Shown here one piece after another: positions 56,368 through 64,000 of a stretch of DNA of 64,000 nucleotides. A program made the translations under genes and the position numbers. Origin of the DNA: Cyanobacteria bacterium SW_9_44_58 (GTDB lineage: Bacteria > Cyanobacteriota > Cyanobacteriia > Cyanobacteriales > Rubidibacteraceae); the NCBI GenBank assembly GCA_003021905.1, contig PXPI01000119.1:1043-65042 (forward strand), in the 5' to 3' direction. Below the pieces are notes generated by a model, which had not been told where the DNA came from, ran no database searches, and worked only from the letters and a program-made list of their open reading frames with translations. Numbering within the stretch: position 1 is the stretch's first letter; every line of letters begins with the position of its first letter.

Positions 56368-57510
56368 TTATTTTTCGCTTTCACTCTGGTTCATCTGCTG
56401 TTGTTCACCAGGGGCTTTTCTAGAGAATTTGATGCGATCGCGCCAATGAGAAATCGTCAGAATCAGTAACGTAATTGCTGTAATGGGAATAACAAACCAC
56501 AACATCACGGTATTAAATACCGGCAAGGTTTCATGTTCGGTGGATTTGAGAAATAAGAACAGGGTATAAGCAATGTAATACAACCAAAAGAAAATCCCTT
56601 CCCAACGAGAAATGAGATTATTTGTAAAGAAAACAGGGAGACACGCGATCGCGACAGCAATCATAATGGGAATATCTAAATTAATTGCAGCAGCAGAAAC
56701 TTCCACGCCAGTCGGCGCAAGAATTCCGGCGGTTCCCAACACAATCAAAATATTAAAAATATTGCTGCCCACAGCATTGCCCACGGCAATATCTCTTTCT
56801 CCTCGGGCGCTAGCAGCAATGGAAGTGGCTAATTCGGGTAAGGAAGTTCCTAAGGCAACAACGGTTAAACCAATGACTAATTCGCTTAATCCTAAGGCGG
56901 CGGCAATGGTGGTAGCGCCGGATACCAACCAGTCTGAGCCTAAAACGACCATTACCAAACCAACCATGAGTAATCCAAAACTAGTCAACCACTCTCGCCA
57001 AGACTTTTCTTTCGGGATGACATCAAATTCTTCCGTGAGTTCTTCTGGAGAGGAATTGTTACGGCGACTCTCGATTAACAGGTAAACAGTGTAAATAATT
57101 GCGCCTAATAATAATAAGCTCCCATCAAATTTTCCAATTTGATTATCAATACTAAAAAATAATAGCAATATGGAAATGCCAATCATAATGGGAACATCCA
57201 TCCGCACTAATTTTTCCGATACGCTAAGGGGAGCAATGGTTGCCGCAATTCCTAAAACTAATAACACATTGGCGATATTGCTGCCAACAACATTGCCGAC
57301 AGAAATTCCAGCTTGTTGGGTAAAATTGGCTTTAATTCCAACCGCTAATTCTGGAGAACTGGTGCCGAAGGAAACAACGGTAAGACCGACGACTAAAGGA
57401 GAAATACCGATTAATGTCGCAAGTCTGCCTGCACCTGCGACTAAGTAATCCGCCCCTTTGACTAAGAGACCTAAACCAATAATAAATTTTAAAAAAACGA
57501 TTATATTCAT
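56368..57510 (-). CDS. Calcium/sodium:cation antiporter (CaCA family, YrbG-like)
   Basis: Two alpha-repeats, ..GTSSPELAVG..GNVVGSNIANVLLVLG.. and ..GTSLPELATS..GNAVGSNIFNILIVLG.. Confidence 0.9.
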   Translation of the reverse strand: MNIIVFLKFIIGLGLLVKGADYLVAGAGRLATLIGISPLVVGLTVVSFGTSSPELAVGIKANFTQQAGISVGNVVGSNIANVLLVLGIAATIAPLSVSEKLVRMDVPIMIGISILLLFFSIDNQIGKFDGSLLLLGAIIYTVYLLIESRRNNSSPEELTEEFDVIPKEKSWREWLTSFGLLMVGLVMVVLGSDWLVSGATTIAAALGLSELVIGLTVVALGTSLPELATSIAASARGERDIAVGNAVGSNIFNILIVLGTAGILAPTGVEVSAAAINLDIPIMIAVAIACLPVFFTNNLISRWEGIFFWLYYIAYTLFLFLKSTEHETLPVFNTVMLWFVIPITAITLLILTISHWRDRIKFSRKAPGEQQQMNQSESEK

Positions 57511-57564
57511 ATAACAAATAATAACGAATCATCAACTTAGGTATTTTTAATCAGATCGCAATGA

Positions 57565-57596
57565 AATAAAAAATTTAGGGAAACTTATTCTTCCCT
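57565..57596 (-). terminator. Putative terminator downstream of trpE
   Basis: AGGGAA (57577-57582) pairs with TTCCCT (57591-57596). On the minus strand it is followed by AAATTTTTTATTT. Confidence 0.45.
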
Positions 57597-57665
57597 ATTT
57601 TTCAACGATAGCAATCTGCTCAACTTAACAACGATCGCCCGCAATAAGCCATAACGATTTCCACC

Positions 57666-59183
57666 CTACTGAAGAGAACGAATTGCTTCTAGCAATCCTT
57701 TCGCTTTATTCAGCGTTTCTTCATACTCTTTTTGGGGAACTGAATCGGCAACAACACCGGCACCGGCTTGCACAGAAACGGTGTGTCGGTTGTTGCCTTG
57801 CGGCCGAACAATCATCGTCCGAATCGCGATCGCGCTATTGAGTTGGCCTTCAAAATCATAATATCCATATACCCCGGAATACGGACCGCGACGATGGGGT
57901 TCCAATTCGGCAATAATTTCCATTGCCCGGATTTTGGGGGCACCGCTAACCGTGCCGGCAGGAAAGGTTGCTTTCAACACATCCCAAGCCGTTTGCGACG
58001 CCGCAACTTCGCCAATAACATTGCTAACAATGTGCATGACATGAGAATAGCGTTCAATAGCCATCAACTGATCCACGGCGACGCTGCCTTGGCAACAAAC
58101 CCGCCCTAAATCATTGCGCCCTAAATCCACTAACATAATATGTTCTGCCAGTTCTTTGGTATCTTGCAATAAATCTTCGGCCAGGGCTTGATCTTCAACT
58201 GTTGTGCTGCCCCGTTTCCGAGTGCCGGCAATGGGACGCAACGTTGCTTGTTGCTGATTGTCAGGGGTTCGTTCCACTTTCACCATGACTTCGGGAGACG
58301 ACCCAATTAATTGCCAATCCCCAAACTGATAATAGGCCATGTAGGGGGAGGGATTCACCATTCGCAGGGAACGATAAAGATTAAACGGATGTCCTTGGTA
58401 ACTGGTATTGAGACGTTGCGACAGCACTAATTGAAAAATATCGCCGGCATGGATATAGTCTTTAGCAGTTTCCACACTGCGGCAAAAATCGGCTTCGGTG
58501 GTGGTGCTTTCATAACTCGCATCTTTGGGCAATGGAGAAGAGGCGAGAGAAAAGGTTTTGGCAATGTCGGGAAGGGGGGATTGCAATTTGCTGACTAAGG
58601 TTGTTACACGATCGCGCGCTTGTTGGTAAGCGGTTTTGAGATCGGTTTCCCCTCGGAGATCGGCATAGGCAATGGCCCAAATTTTCCGCTTGACCTGATC
58701 GAATACCAACAAGTGATCCACTTGCATCCATACCCCATCCGGCAAATCTTGGTCTTGTCGGGAATGAATGGGAACCCGGGGTTCCATCCATTGAATCAAT
58801 TCATAGCCCCACATGCCAAATAAGCCGCCAATCCCTGGAGGAAGAGTTTCAATCTTAACCGGATTAATGGAGGCTAAACACGCTTTTAAAGTGGCAAAGG
58901 GATTGCCATGATAGACAGTTTCCTTCCCGGCGCGATCGATTTGGGTGGTGGTTTCTCCCTCATTTTTTAACACCCACATGGGGTCGCATCCCAGAAAGCT
59001 GTAACGTCCCAGTTTTTCCCCGCCTTCCACGGATTCTAATAAAAAACTGTAGGGCTGTCCGGCACAGACTTTAAACCAAGCTGAAACCGGCGTTTCCAAG
59101 TCTGCAGTCCATTCTTGATAGACGGGGATAAAATTTCCCTGGCTGGCAAGTTGGGAAAACTCATCAAATTCCGGTAGAATCAT
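57666..59183 (-). CDS. trpE: Anthranilate synthase component I
   Basis: ..ADLETPVSAWFKV.. ..LESVEGGEKLGRYSF.. ..GTVSGAPKIRAMEII..EP.RRGPYSG..GY.. ..AGAGVVADSVPQKEYEETLNKA.. Confidence 0.9.
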   Translation of the reverse strand: MILPEFDEFSQLASQGNFIPVYQEWTADLETPVSAWFKVCAGQPYSFLLESVEGGEKLGRYSFLGCDPMWVLKNEGETTTQIDRAGKETVYHGNPFATLKACLASINPVKIETLPPGIGGLFGMWGYELIQWMEPRVPIHSRQDQDLPDGVWMQVDHLLVFDQVKRKIWAIAYADLRGETDLKTAYQQARDRVTTLVSKLQSPLPDIAKTFSLASSPLPKDASYESTTTEADFCRSVETAKDYIHAGDIFQLVLSQRLNTSYQGHPFNLYRSLRMVNPSPYMAYYQFGDWQLIGSSPEVMVKVERTPDNQQQATLRPIAGTRKRGSTTVEDQALAEDLLQDTKELAEHIMLVDLGRNDLGRVCCQGSVAVDQLMAIERYSHVMHIVSNVIGEVAASQTAWDVLKATFPAGTVSGAPKIRAMEIIAELEPHRRGPYSGVYGYYDFEGQLNSAIAIRTMIVRPQGNNRHTVSVQAGAGVVADSVPQKEYEETLNKAKGLLEAIRSLQ

Positions 59184-59233
59184 TAGTTTGCAATTCGTTT
59201 CTGGTTGTTGATCAGGGATGGCTTTCTCTTACT

Positions 59234-60307
59234 TTAAATAATCAACATGGCATCCCCAAAGGAATAAAAGCGATACTGGCGCGCGATCGCGTCTTCATAC
59301 AACGATAATAACCGTTTCCGTCCCACGAACGCACTCACCAACATTAACAAACTGGAACGGGGCAAATGAAAATTGGTAATTAATCCATCCACTACCTGAA
59401 TCTCATAGCCGGGATAAATAAATAAATCCGTTTTCCCGCAAAAGGGACCAAGATTGCCTTGGGCTGCCACTGCCCCTTCCAAGGCGCGAACAACCGTCGT
59501 TCCCACCGCGATCACTCTTCCCCCTTGGGCTTTGGTTGCCCTGATTTTATCGACCGTTTCCGCAGGAACATTAATCCATTCTTGGTGCATGGTATGCTCA
59601 GTAATTGTTTCCACTTCCACCGGGCGAAACGTGCCTACTCCCACATGAAGCGTCACTTCCGCCTGGGCAATTCCCTGGTGGGATAACTTCCTGAGTAGGC
59701 GATCCGTAAAATGCAATCCGGCAGTGGGGGCGGCAACTGCCCCTGCTTGTTGGGCATACACGGTTTGGTACTGTTCCGGTTGCGCTTGCTTTTCGGTTAC
59801 ATAAGGGGGAAAGGGAATTTCGCCATAATCATCTAAAACAGAAAGTAAGGGGGTTTCTGGGGGAAGATCAAATTCTAAGACCCGCCCCCCTGTGGCCTCG
59901 TCTTTTTCAATAACCGTGGCTTCCAAAACGGGCTTGGATTCAAAGTTATGGGGAGAAAACCGGATTTTGGCACCCACTTGCAAGCGTTTTCCCGGTTTAA
60001 CAAGGGCTAACCGACAATTGTAGCTTTTTTCCTCTAACAATAATACTTCCACTGCAGCCCCAGTGACTTTATGGCCATAGATCCGTGCTGGAATGACTTT
60101 GGTATTATTCAGCACCAATAAATCCCCAGATTTCAGCCATTGCGGAAGATCGTAAAAATATTGATGATGATGCGTTGTTGGGGAATCAACCACTAATAGT
60201 CGAGAATGATCTCTCGGGGTAACCGGAGTTTGGGCAATATAATTCTCTGGCAGTTGGTAATCATAACTGCTGGCAATTTTATCGGCAGAGGAAGGATCAG
60301 ATTTCAT
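59234..60307 (-). CDS. queA: tRNA preQ1(34) S-adenosylmethionine ribosyltransferase-isomerase
   Basis: ..[26 protein letters not shown].. ..[13 protein letters not shown].. ..[13 protein letters not shown].. ..[14 protein letters not shown].. ATG at 60307 (the track starts upstream at 60337). Confidence 0.95.
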   Translation of the reverse strand: MKSDPSSADKIASSYDYQLPENYIAQTPVTPRDHSRLLVVDSPTTHHHQYFYDLPQWLKSGDLLVLNNTKVIPARIYGHKVTGAAVEVLLLEEKSYNCRLALVKPGKRLQVGAKIRFSPHNFESKPVLEATVIEKDEATGGRVLEFDLPPETPLLSVLDDYGEIPFPPYVTEKQAQPEQYQTVYAQQAGAVAAPTAGLHFTDRLLRKLSHQGIAQAEVTLHVGVGTFRPVEVETITEHTMHQEWINVPAETVDKIRATKAQGGRVIAVGTTVVRALEGAVAAQGNLGPFCGKTDLFIYPGYEIQVVDGLITNFHLPRSSLLMLVSAFVGRKRLLSLYEDAIARQYRFYSFGDAMLII

Positions 60308-60494
60308 AACTAGCTCAACATTCTGAAACTTGGGCAATTAAGGAGTCCACCCATGGATTTTCCCTATCCCCATCAAAATTGGGGGATAATAAGGACCAAA
60401 TTGGGGAATATTCCCCTAGTAATTGGATGGGGCCATCTGGGAAAATCAAGATAGCGTCAATCGATGGGATCGCGCTATGGAGGTTTTATAGCAA

Positions 60495-60884
60495 ATGCAA
60501 TACATTTATTTTCTCGCTAATGCCAGTTTAACGTTGCGCTTAATTAACCATCTTCGCCGCCATTCGGAATTGCCTGCCTGTGTGGTCACTGTTATTCATC
60601 GCATTGATGGTTGGTTAGTTAAAATTCAATTTGCACAGAAATTAACATCGCAACAAGATGGCGACTTCCAAGCCTACTTAACCGAAATGGGAATCCCCTA
60701 CGAACCCGAAATTCGCTTGCAAATGGCCTTTTGGAGTTTAGATGTCGGGCAGTCCATGGTAGAAGTGATGCGTCGTTACCAACTCGCCATTGTTACTCAT
60801 GGTCAACCCAACTACAGCGATATTGAAGCCTTCCGAGAACAATTTACCCAAGGACTCGGCTATTGTCCAGAAACGTTAGCTTAA
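60495..60884 (+). CDS. Hypothetical protein
   Basis: 129-aa ORF, MQYIYFLANASLTLRLINHLRRHSELPACVVTVIHRIDGW.. No family recognised. It abuts the convergent gene with zero spacing. Confidence 0.5.
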   Translation: MQYIYFLANASLTLRLINHLRRHSELPACVVTVIHRIDGWLVKIQFAQKLTSQQDGDFQAYLTEMGIPYEPEIRLQMAFWSLDVGQSMVEVMRRYQLAIVTHGQPNYSDIEAFREQFTQGLGYCPETLA

Positions 60885-62447
60885 TTACCGGTGGTAATCC
60901 TTTCCAGATCCATATTGCCACGCTTCTAGCCATCGGCGGAGGCGATATTGCTGTTGGGGAGATAGGGATTTAATTGTTGGCGTCATGACAGGATTTAAGG
61001 AGGATAGACCGCTATAAATTCCCAAATTCATGTAATGCACCAACCAATCCAACAAGGGAGTAATGCCAACTTGCGGAATTACCGGCAAGACAATGTCAGA
61101 CCGCGTGACGGCAGTTAATGCTAACGTTTGGGTGAGCGCAGGAAACTGAACAACATCTTGCAAAAACGGCTTGAGAACATCGTCTCCTAACTTGTTCATG
61201 GCAGTAAACACGCCGCTGAGCAACTCATTGATTTGGTTGGGAGACAATTGTTGATTAATGCCAACACTCATGGTGCGTTGAAATAGCCAAGTTGCAGAAA
61301 TATTCGGCTGATACGGCTGCAGCAAGGCTAAATCAGCGCGGGAAAGGGTATTAGCATTAAGGGCTTCGGCAATGCCATAGGTTAAACGAGACAAATGGCG
61401 AATCATTGCCCCAAATCCCCCAAAACTAACCGGCGACTGGATGCCGCTGCTATCGCCAACGGGTAAAATCCGTGACCACTGAACGCGCAACGGGCTTTTT
61501 CGATACGCAGGAAAGAAGCCAAATAAGGCTCGTTTGAAATCTAACTGAGACAGTTCCACCTGTTGATACTCGGGTAACAAACGAAAGTATTCATCCATAA
61601 AAAATTCTAGACTGGGACGAGAAGGATGAGCATCAAGATAGGAAAATAAATAGGTGGTACGTCCATCTTTAGCAGGGAAAGCTTCCCAAAAGTATTGGCA
61701 TTGATTTTGAATGGGGGTGAAAGAAGCTAGTAAATCCCCAGTTTTATTGTTGGGATAGCCCGCAGCACAAGTCCCAACCACAACACAAGTTCCTTCCGGT
61801 TTTTCTCCCCCTCGCGCTTGTTTCACAATGGGAGAAAAATGGCCCATGGCATCTACTAACAGGCGAGTCGTAATCGTAGTTTGATCGGTTTGAATAGCAA
61901 CCCCATCGGAATGTACCGTTGCCCCCGCAAAAGCTGTTTTCTCCAATAACTGACCCCCGAAATTGAGAAATTTGTTTTTCAGGAGCTCAAGGAGCGTAAT
62001 CGGGTCAATCCCGAGATTGAGGACATCATTAACCCACAGTTCAATTCCTTGGTGAAATGCCACGCGAGCCGGATTATAACCGGACGTAATCGCGCTTTCC
62101 AGTTCTTGTTCGGTTAACAGTCCCAGTTCAACAAGTGCTCGAATTTCCTGGCGGGAAATATTCCATTCTTGTTCTCGTCCCTGCAAAATTCCTCTTTCTA
62201 GAATCCCAACCTTAAACCCCTGTTGTTGCAAGCCGGTTGCTAAGAGAATGCCTAAAGTGCCCCCACAAATCATCACATCAAACTCACAGCCATTTAAGGA
62301 ATCAGAACGGGTTTGAATGACTTGGGGAATTTGTTGTTGAGTTTCCTCACTGCGAATATTGCCCCAAATTTGGTCGGCCTTGCGGAGTCCTCCTAACACA
62401 TCGCCAGGGAGTTGCGAGAGAATTTGTTCCGTTGGTTTCATGGTCAA
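60885..62447 (-). CDS. FAD-dependent oxidoreductase of the CruA/CruP lycopene-cyclase-like family
   Basis: Rossmann motif FDVMICGGTLGILLATGL..GFKVGILERG followed by GREQEWNISRQEI, which I recall as characteristic of CruP/CruA-type proteins. Confidence 0.6.
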   Translation of the reverse strand: MTMKPTEQILSQLPGDVLGGLRKADQIWGNIRSEETQQQIPQVIQTRSDSLNGCEFDVMICGGTLGILLATGLQQQGFKVGILERGILQGREQEWNISRQEIRALVELGLLTEQELESAITSGYNPARVAFHQGIELWVNDVLNLGIDPITLLELLKNKFLNFGGQLLEKTAFAGATVHSDGVAIQTDQTTITTRLLVDAMGHFSPIVKQARGGEKPEGTCVVVGTCAAGYPNNKTGDLLASFTPIQNQCQYFWEAFPAKDGRTTYLFSYLDAHPSRPSLEFFMDEYFRLLPEYQQVELSQLDFKRALFGFFPAYRKSPLRVQWSRILPVGDSSGIQSPVSFGGFGAMIRHLSRLTYGIAEALNANTLSRADLALLQPYQPNISATWLFQRTMSVGINQQLSPNQINELLSGVFTAMNKLGDDVLKPFLQDVVQFPALTQTLALTAVTRSDIVLPVIPQVGITPLLDWLVHYMNLGIYSGLSSLNPVMTPTIKSLSPQQQYRLRRWLEAWQYGSGKDYHR

Positions 62448-62602
62448 TCCGGCTTAATCAAGGATATTTATTCATTAAGCTAACAATAGGGAACTCGGAA
62501 AGATAACTACTCTGGGGAATAATGGGAGGTTCGCGAACGTTCGGAAGTATCGGATTTACTAGCTTATAATGAATGCAACGCTCACCCAATATAATTGTTC
62601 AA

Positions 62603-63787
62603 ATGAGGCTTTATCCCCAGCTTATTAAGAAAACTCTTCCCATTGCCCTTGCCGTAATGCTTTCTTTGGCTGCTGCTCAAACCGTATTTTCCCAACCCCT
62701 TAATCTGCCTCAAGAAAAAACCATTGGGGAGTTAGAACTGGTTCATCCCTTCGAGAAAATGATGCCTACCGGCATTGCCGTGTCCCAGTCTCAACGGCAA
62801 TTTGTCAATTTCCCACGCTGGGGAGATGACATTCCCTTTACTGTCGCTGAAATTAGAGATGGCGAACTTGTTCCTTACCCCAACTTAGCAATTAATCAAG
62901 CAACCCCTGAAAACCCAGCAGATTCTTTCTTATCGGTACAAAGTGTCGTGGTTGATCCCAAAAATCGGTTGTGGGTTCTCGATACGGGAAGAATTAAGTT
63001 TGGTCCCAGTGAATTTGGCGGTCCCAAGCTGGTGGGAATTGACCTCAATCGCAACGAAATTTTCCAAAAAATTCTATTGCCCCGAGATGTAGCCTTAGAG
63101 ACGACTTATCTCAATGATGTCCGTTTTGATTTGCAACGGGGAGAAGCAGGGATGGCATTCATTACCGATTCTTCTTCTCGGGGACCCAATGGCATGATTG
63201 TTGTTGATTTAGCCACCGGCGAGAGTTGGCGGCGACTTCACAATCACCCTTCCACCCAACCTGAAAAAGCGTTTCTCCCTATTGTGGAAGGGCAACCGTT
63301 ACTCAATCGGCCAGCAACGGGAGACCCTAGCCCGTTTGCTGTTGGGGCGGATGGCATTGCCATGGGGGCAGAGGGGAACCGCCTCTACTACTCTCCCCTT
63401 TCCAGCCGAACTTTGTATAGTGTAAGTGTAGAGGCACTGCTTAATCGCAATCTCTCTGATGAAGCCGTTGCCGATACAGTAATCAATCATGGATCGAAAG
63501 GCGCATCGGATGGGTTAGAATCAGATGCCCAAAACCGCATTTATATTACTGATTATGAAAATAACGCCATTCACCGTCGCTCATCCAACGGACAAATTAA
63601 CACCTTAGTGCATGATCCTCGCATTTTGTGGCCGGATACCCTGGCATTAGGCAATGATAGCTATTTGTATTTCACCGCCAATCAACTGCACCGTCAACCC
63701 AACTTTCATCAAGGGCAAGATTTAAGAGAAAAACCTTACAGTTTGTTTCGCATTCCGGTCGATGCTCAACCCGTACAGTTACGTTAG
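62603..63787 (+). CDS. Major royal jelly protein / yellow family protein, secreted
   Basis: Signal peptide MRLYPQLIKKTLPIALAVMLSLAAAQTVFSQ, then ..VQSVVVDPKNRLWVLDTG.. ..YLNDVRFD.. ..AFITDSS..GMIVVDLATGESWRRL.., the beta-propeller MRJP pattern. Confidence 0.75.
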   Translation: MRLYPQLIKKTLPIALAVMLSLAAAQTVFSQPLNLPQEKTIGELELVHPFEKMMPTGIAVSQSQRQFVNFPRWGDDIPFTVAEIRDGELVPYPNLAINQATPENPADSFLSVQSVVVDPKNRLWVLDTGRIKFGPSEFGGPKLVGIDLNRNEIFQKILLPRDVALETTYLNDVRFDLQRGEAGMAFITDSSSRGPNGMIVVDLATGESWRRLHNHPSTQPEKAFLPIVEGQPLLNRPATGDPSPFAVGADGIAMGAEGNRLYYSPLSSRTLYSVSVEALLNRNLSDEAVADTVINHGSKGASDGLESDAQNRIYITDYENNAIHRRSSNGQINTLVHDPRILWPDTLALGNDSYLYFTANQLHRQPNFHQGQDLREKPYSLFRIPVDAQPVQLR

Positions 63788-63795
63788 ATTCAGTT

Positions 63796-64000
63796 ATGAC
63801 CAAGAACTATTTTGTTGCCAACGAACAAGATACCCTCTCCCGAGTTTACCGAGAAGTTATTTTATGGTTCAAAAATAAAGAATATGAAGTGGAAAGTACG
63901 CAAACCGGCGATGTTTATTTTATCCAAGCGCAAAAAACAGGCGTTCTTAGAACCTTTTTTGGGACGAATTTAGCGTTTAAAGTGAATATCTATTGGTCAA
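63796..64000 (+). CDS. Hypothetical protein, 5' part only (continues beyond the window)
   Basis: Own translation from ATG 63796: MTKNYFVANEQDTLSRVYREVILWFKNKEYEVESTQTGDVYFIQAQKTGVLRTFFGTNLAFKVNIYW.. It stays open to the window edge. Confidence 0.5.
   Translation, partial: MTKNYFVANEQDTLSRVYREVILWFKNKEYEVESTQTGDVYFIQAQKTGVLRTFFGTNLAFKVNIYWS

Noticed and set aside
56612-57085. 157-aa plus-strand ORF (also 57170..57448).
   Set aside because: It is an antisense shadow of the CaCA antiporter gene, with no motifs.
1-64000. Looked for CRISPR arrays, IS elements or transposases, rRNA genes, prophage genes, restriction-modification or other recognisable defence modules, and secondary-metabolite clusters.
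   Set aside because: I could see no regularly spaced direct repeats, no transposase or integrase-like translation in any listed ORF, and no such gene families. Their absence is reported rather than forcing a call.

Overview
The window is a cyanobacterial chromosomal segment of mostly conserved core genes, with about 75 supportable features. Evidence for the cyanobacterial assignment: chlorophyll synthase chlG, tandem CP43'/IsiA/Pcb-type antenna genes, many cyanobacteria-restricted conserved hypotheticals, and the HIP1 octamer GCGATCGC, which I count about 40 or more times by eye. Long acidic tails on S2 and EF-Ts and generally acidic proteins suggest a halotolerant lineage (inference only). 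Recognisable content: a partial S9 peptidase, two isiA/pcb paralogs, tRNA-Phe, tyrA, yidD, thiL, a lumenal cyclophilin, a four-gene sugar ABC importer operon, chlG, a type II DnaJ, ridA, trmD, a GAF histidine kinase, an arsB(ACR3)-arsH-arsC arsenic operon, TRAP DctQM, aroB, ribF, MoxR, a Ser/Thr kinase-WD40 protein, mnmE, rpsB-tsf, recG, queE, trpE and queA. I found no CRISPR array, transposase, integrase, rRNA or recognisable defence or biosynthetic cluster. I cannot point to a convincing new multi-gene system. The most unusual observations are listed here. (1) A 680-bp ORF-free gap (10235-10913) holds a 120-nt set of perfectly nested helices plus two further long hairpins, which I could not assign to any RNA family I know. 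(2) arsC is broken by a 1-nt frameshift in an A7 tract inside its catalytic CX5R loop. (3) The second isiA/pcb paralog carries an extra predicted C-terminal transmembrane helix, and a 19-bp perfect palindrome lies in the promoter region of the pair. (4) An AT-rich orphan gene sits next to the 3' end of tRNA-Phe. (5) There are two gene remnants (Hsp20, DUF29) and two NTPase-like proteins with degenerate P-loops. Pfam/DUF family names are recalled from memory of sequence signatures, not from searches.
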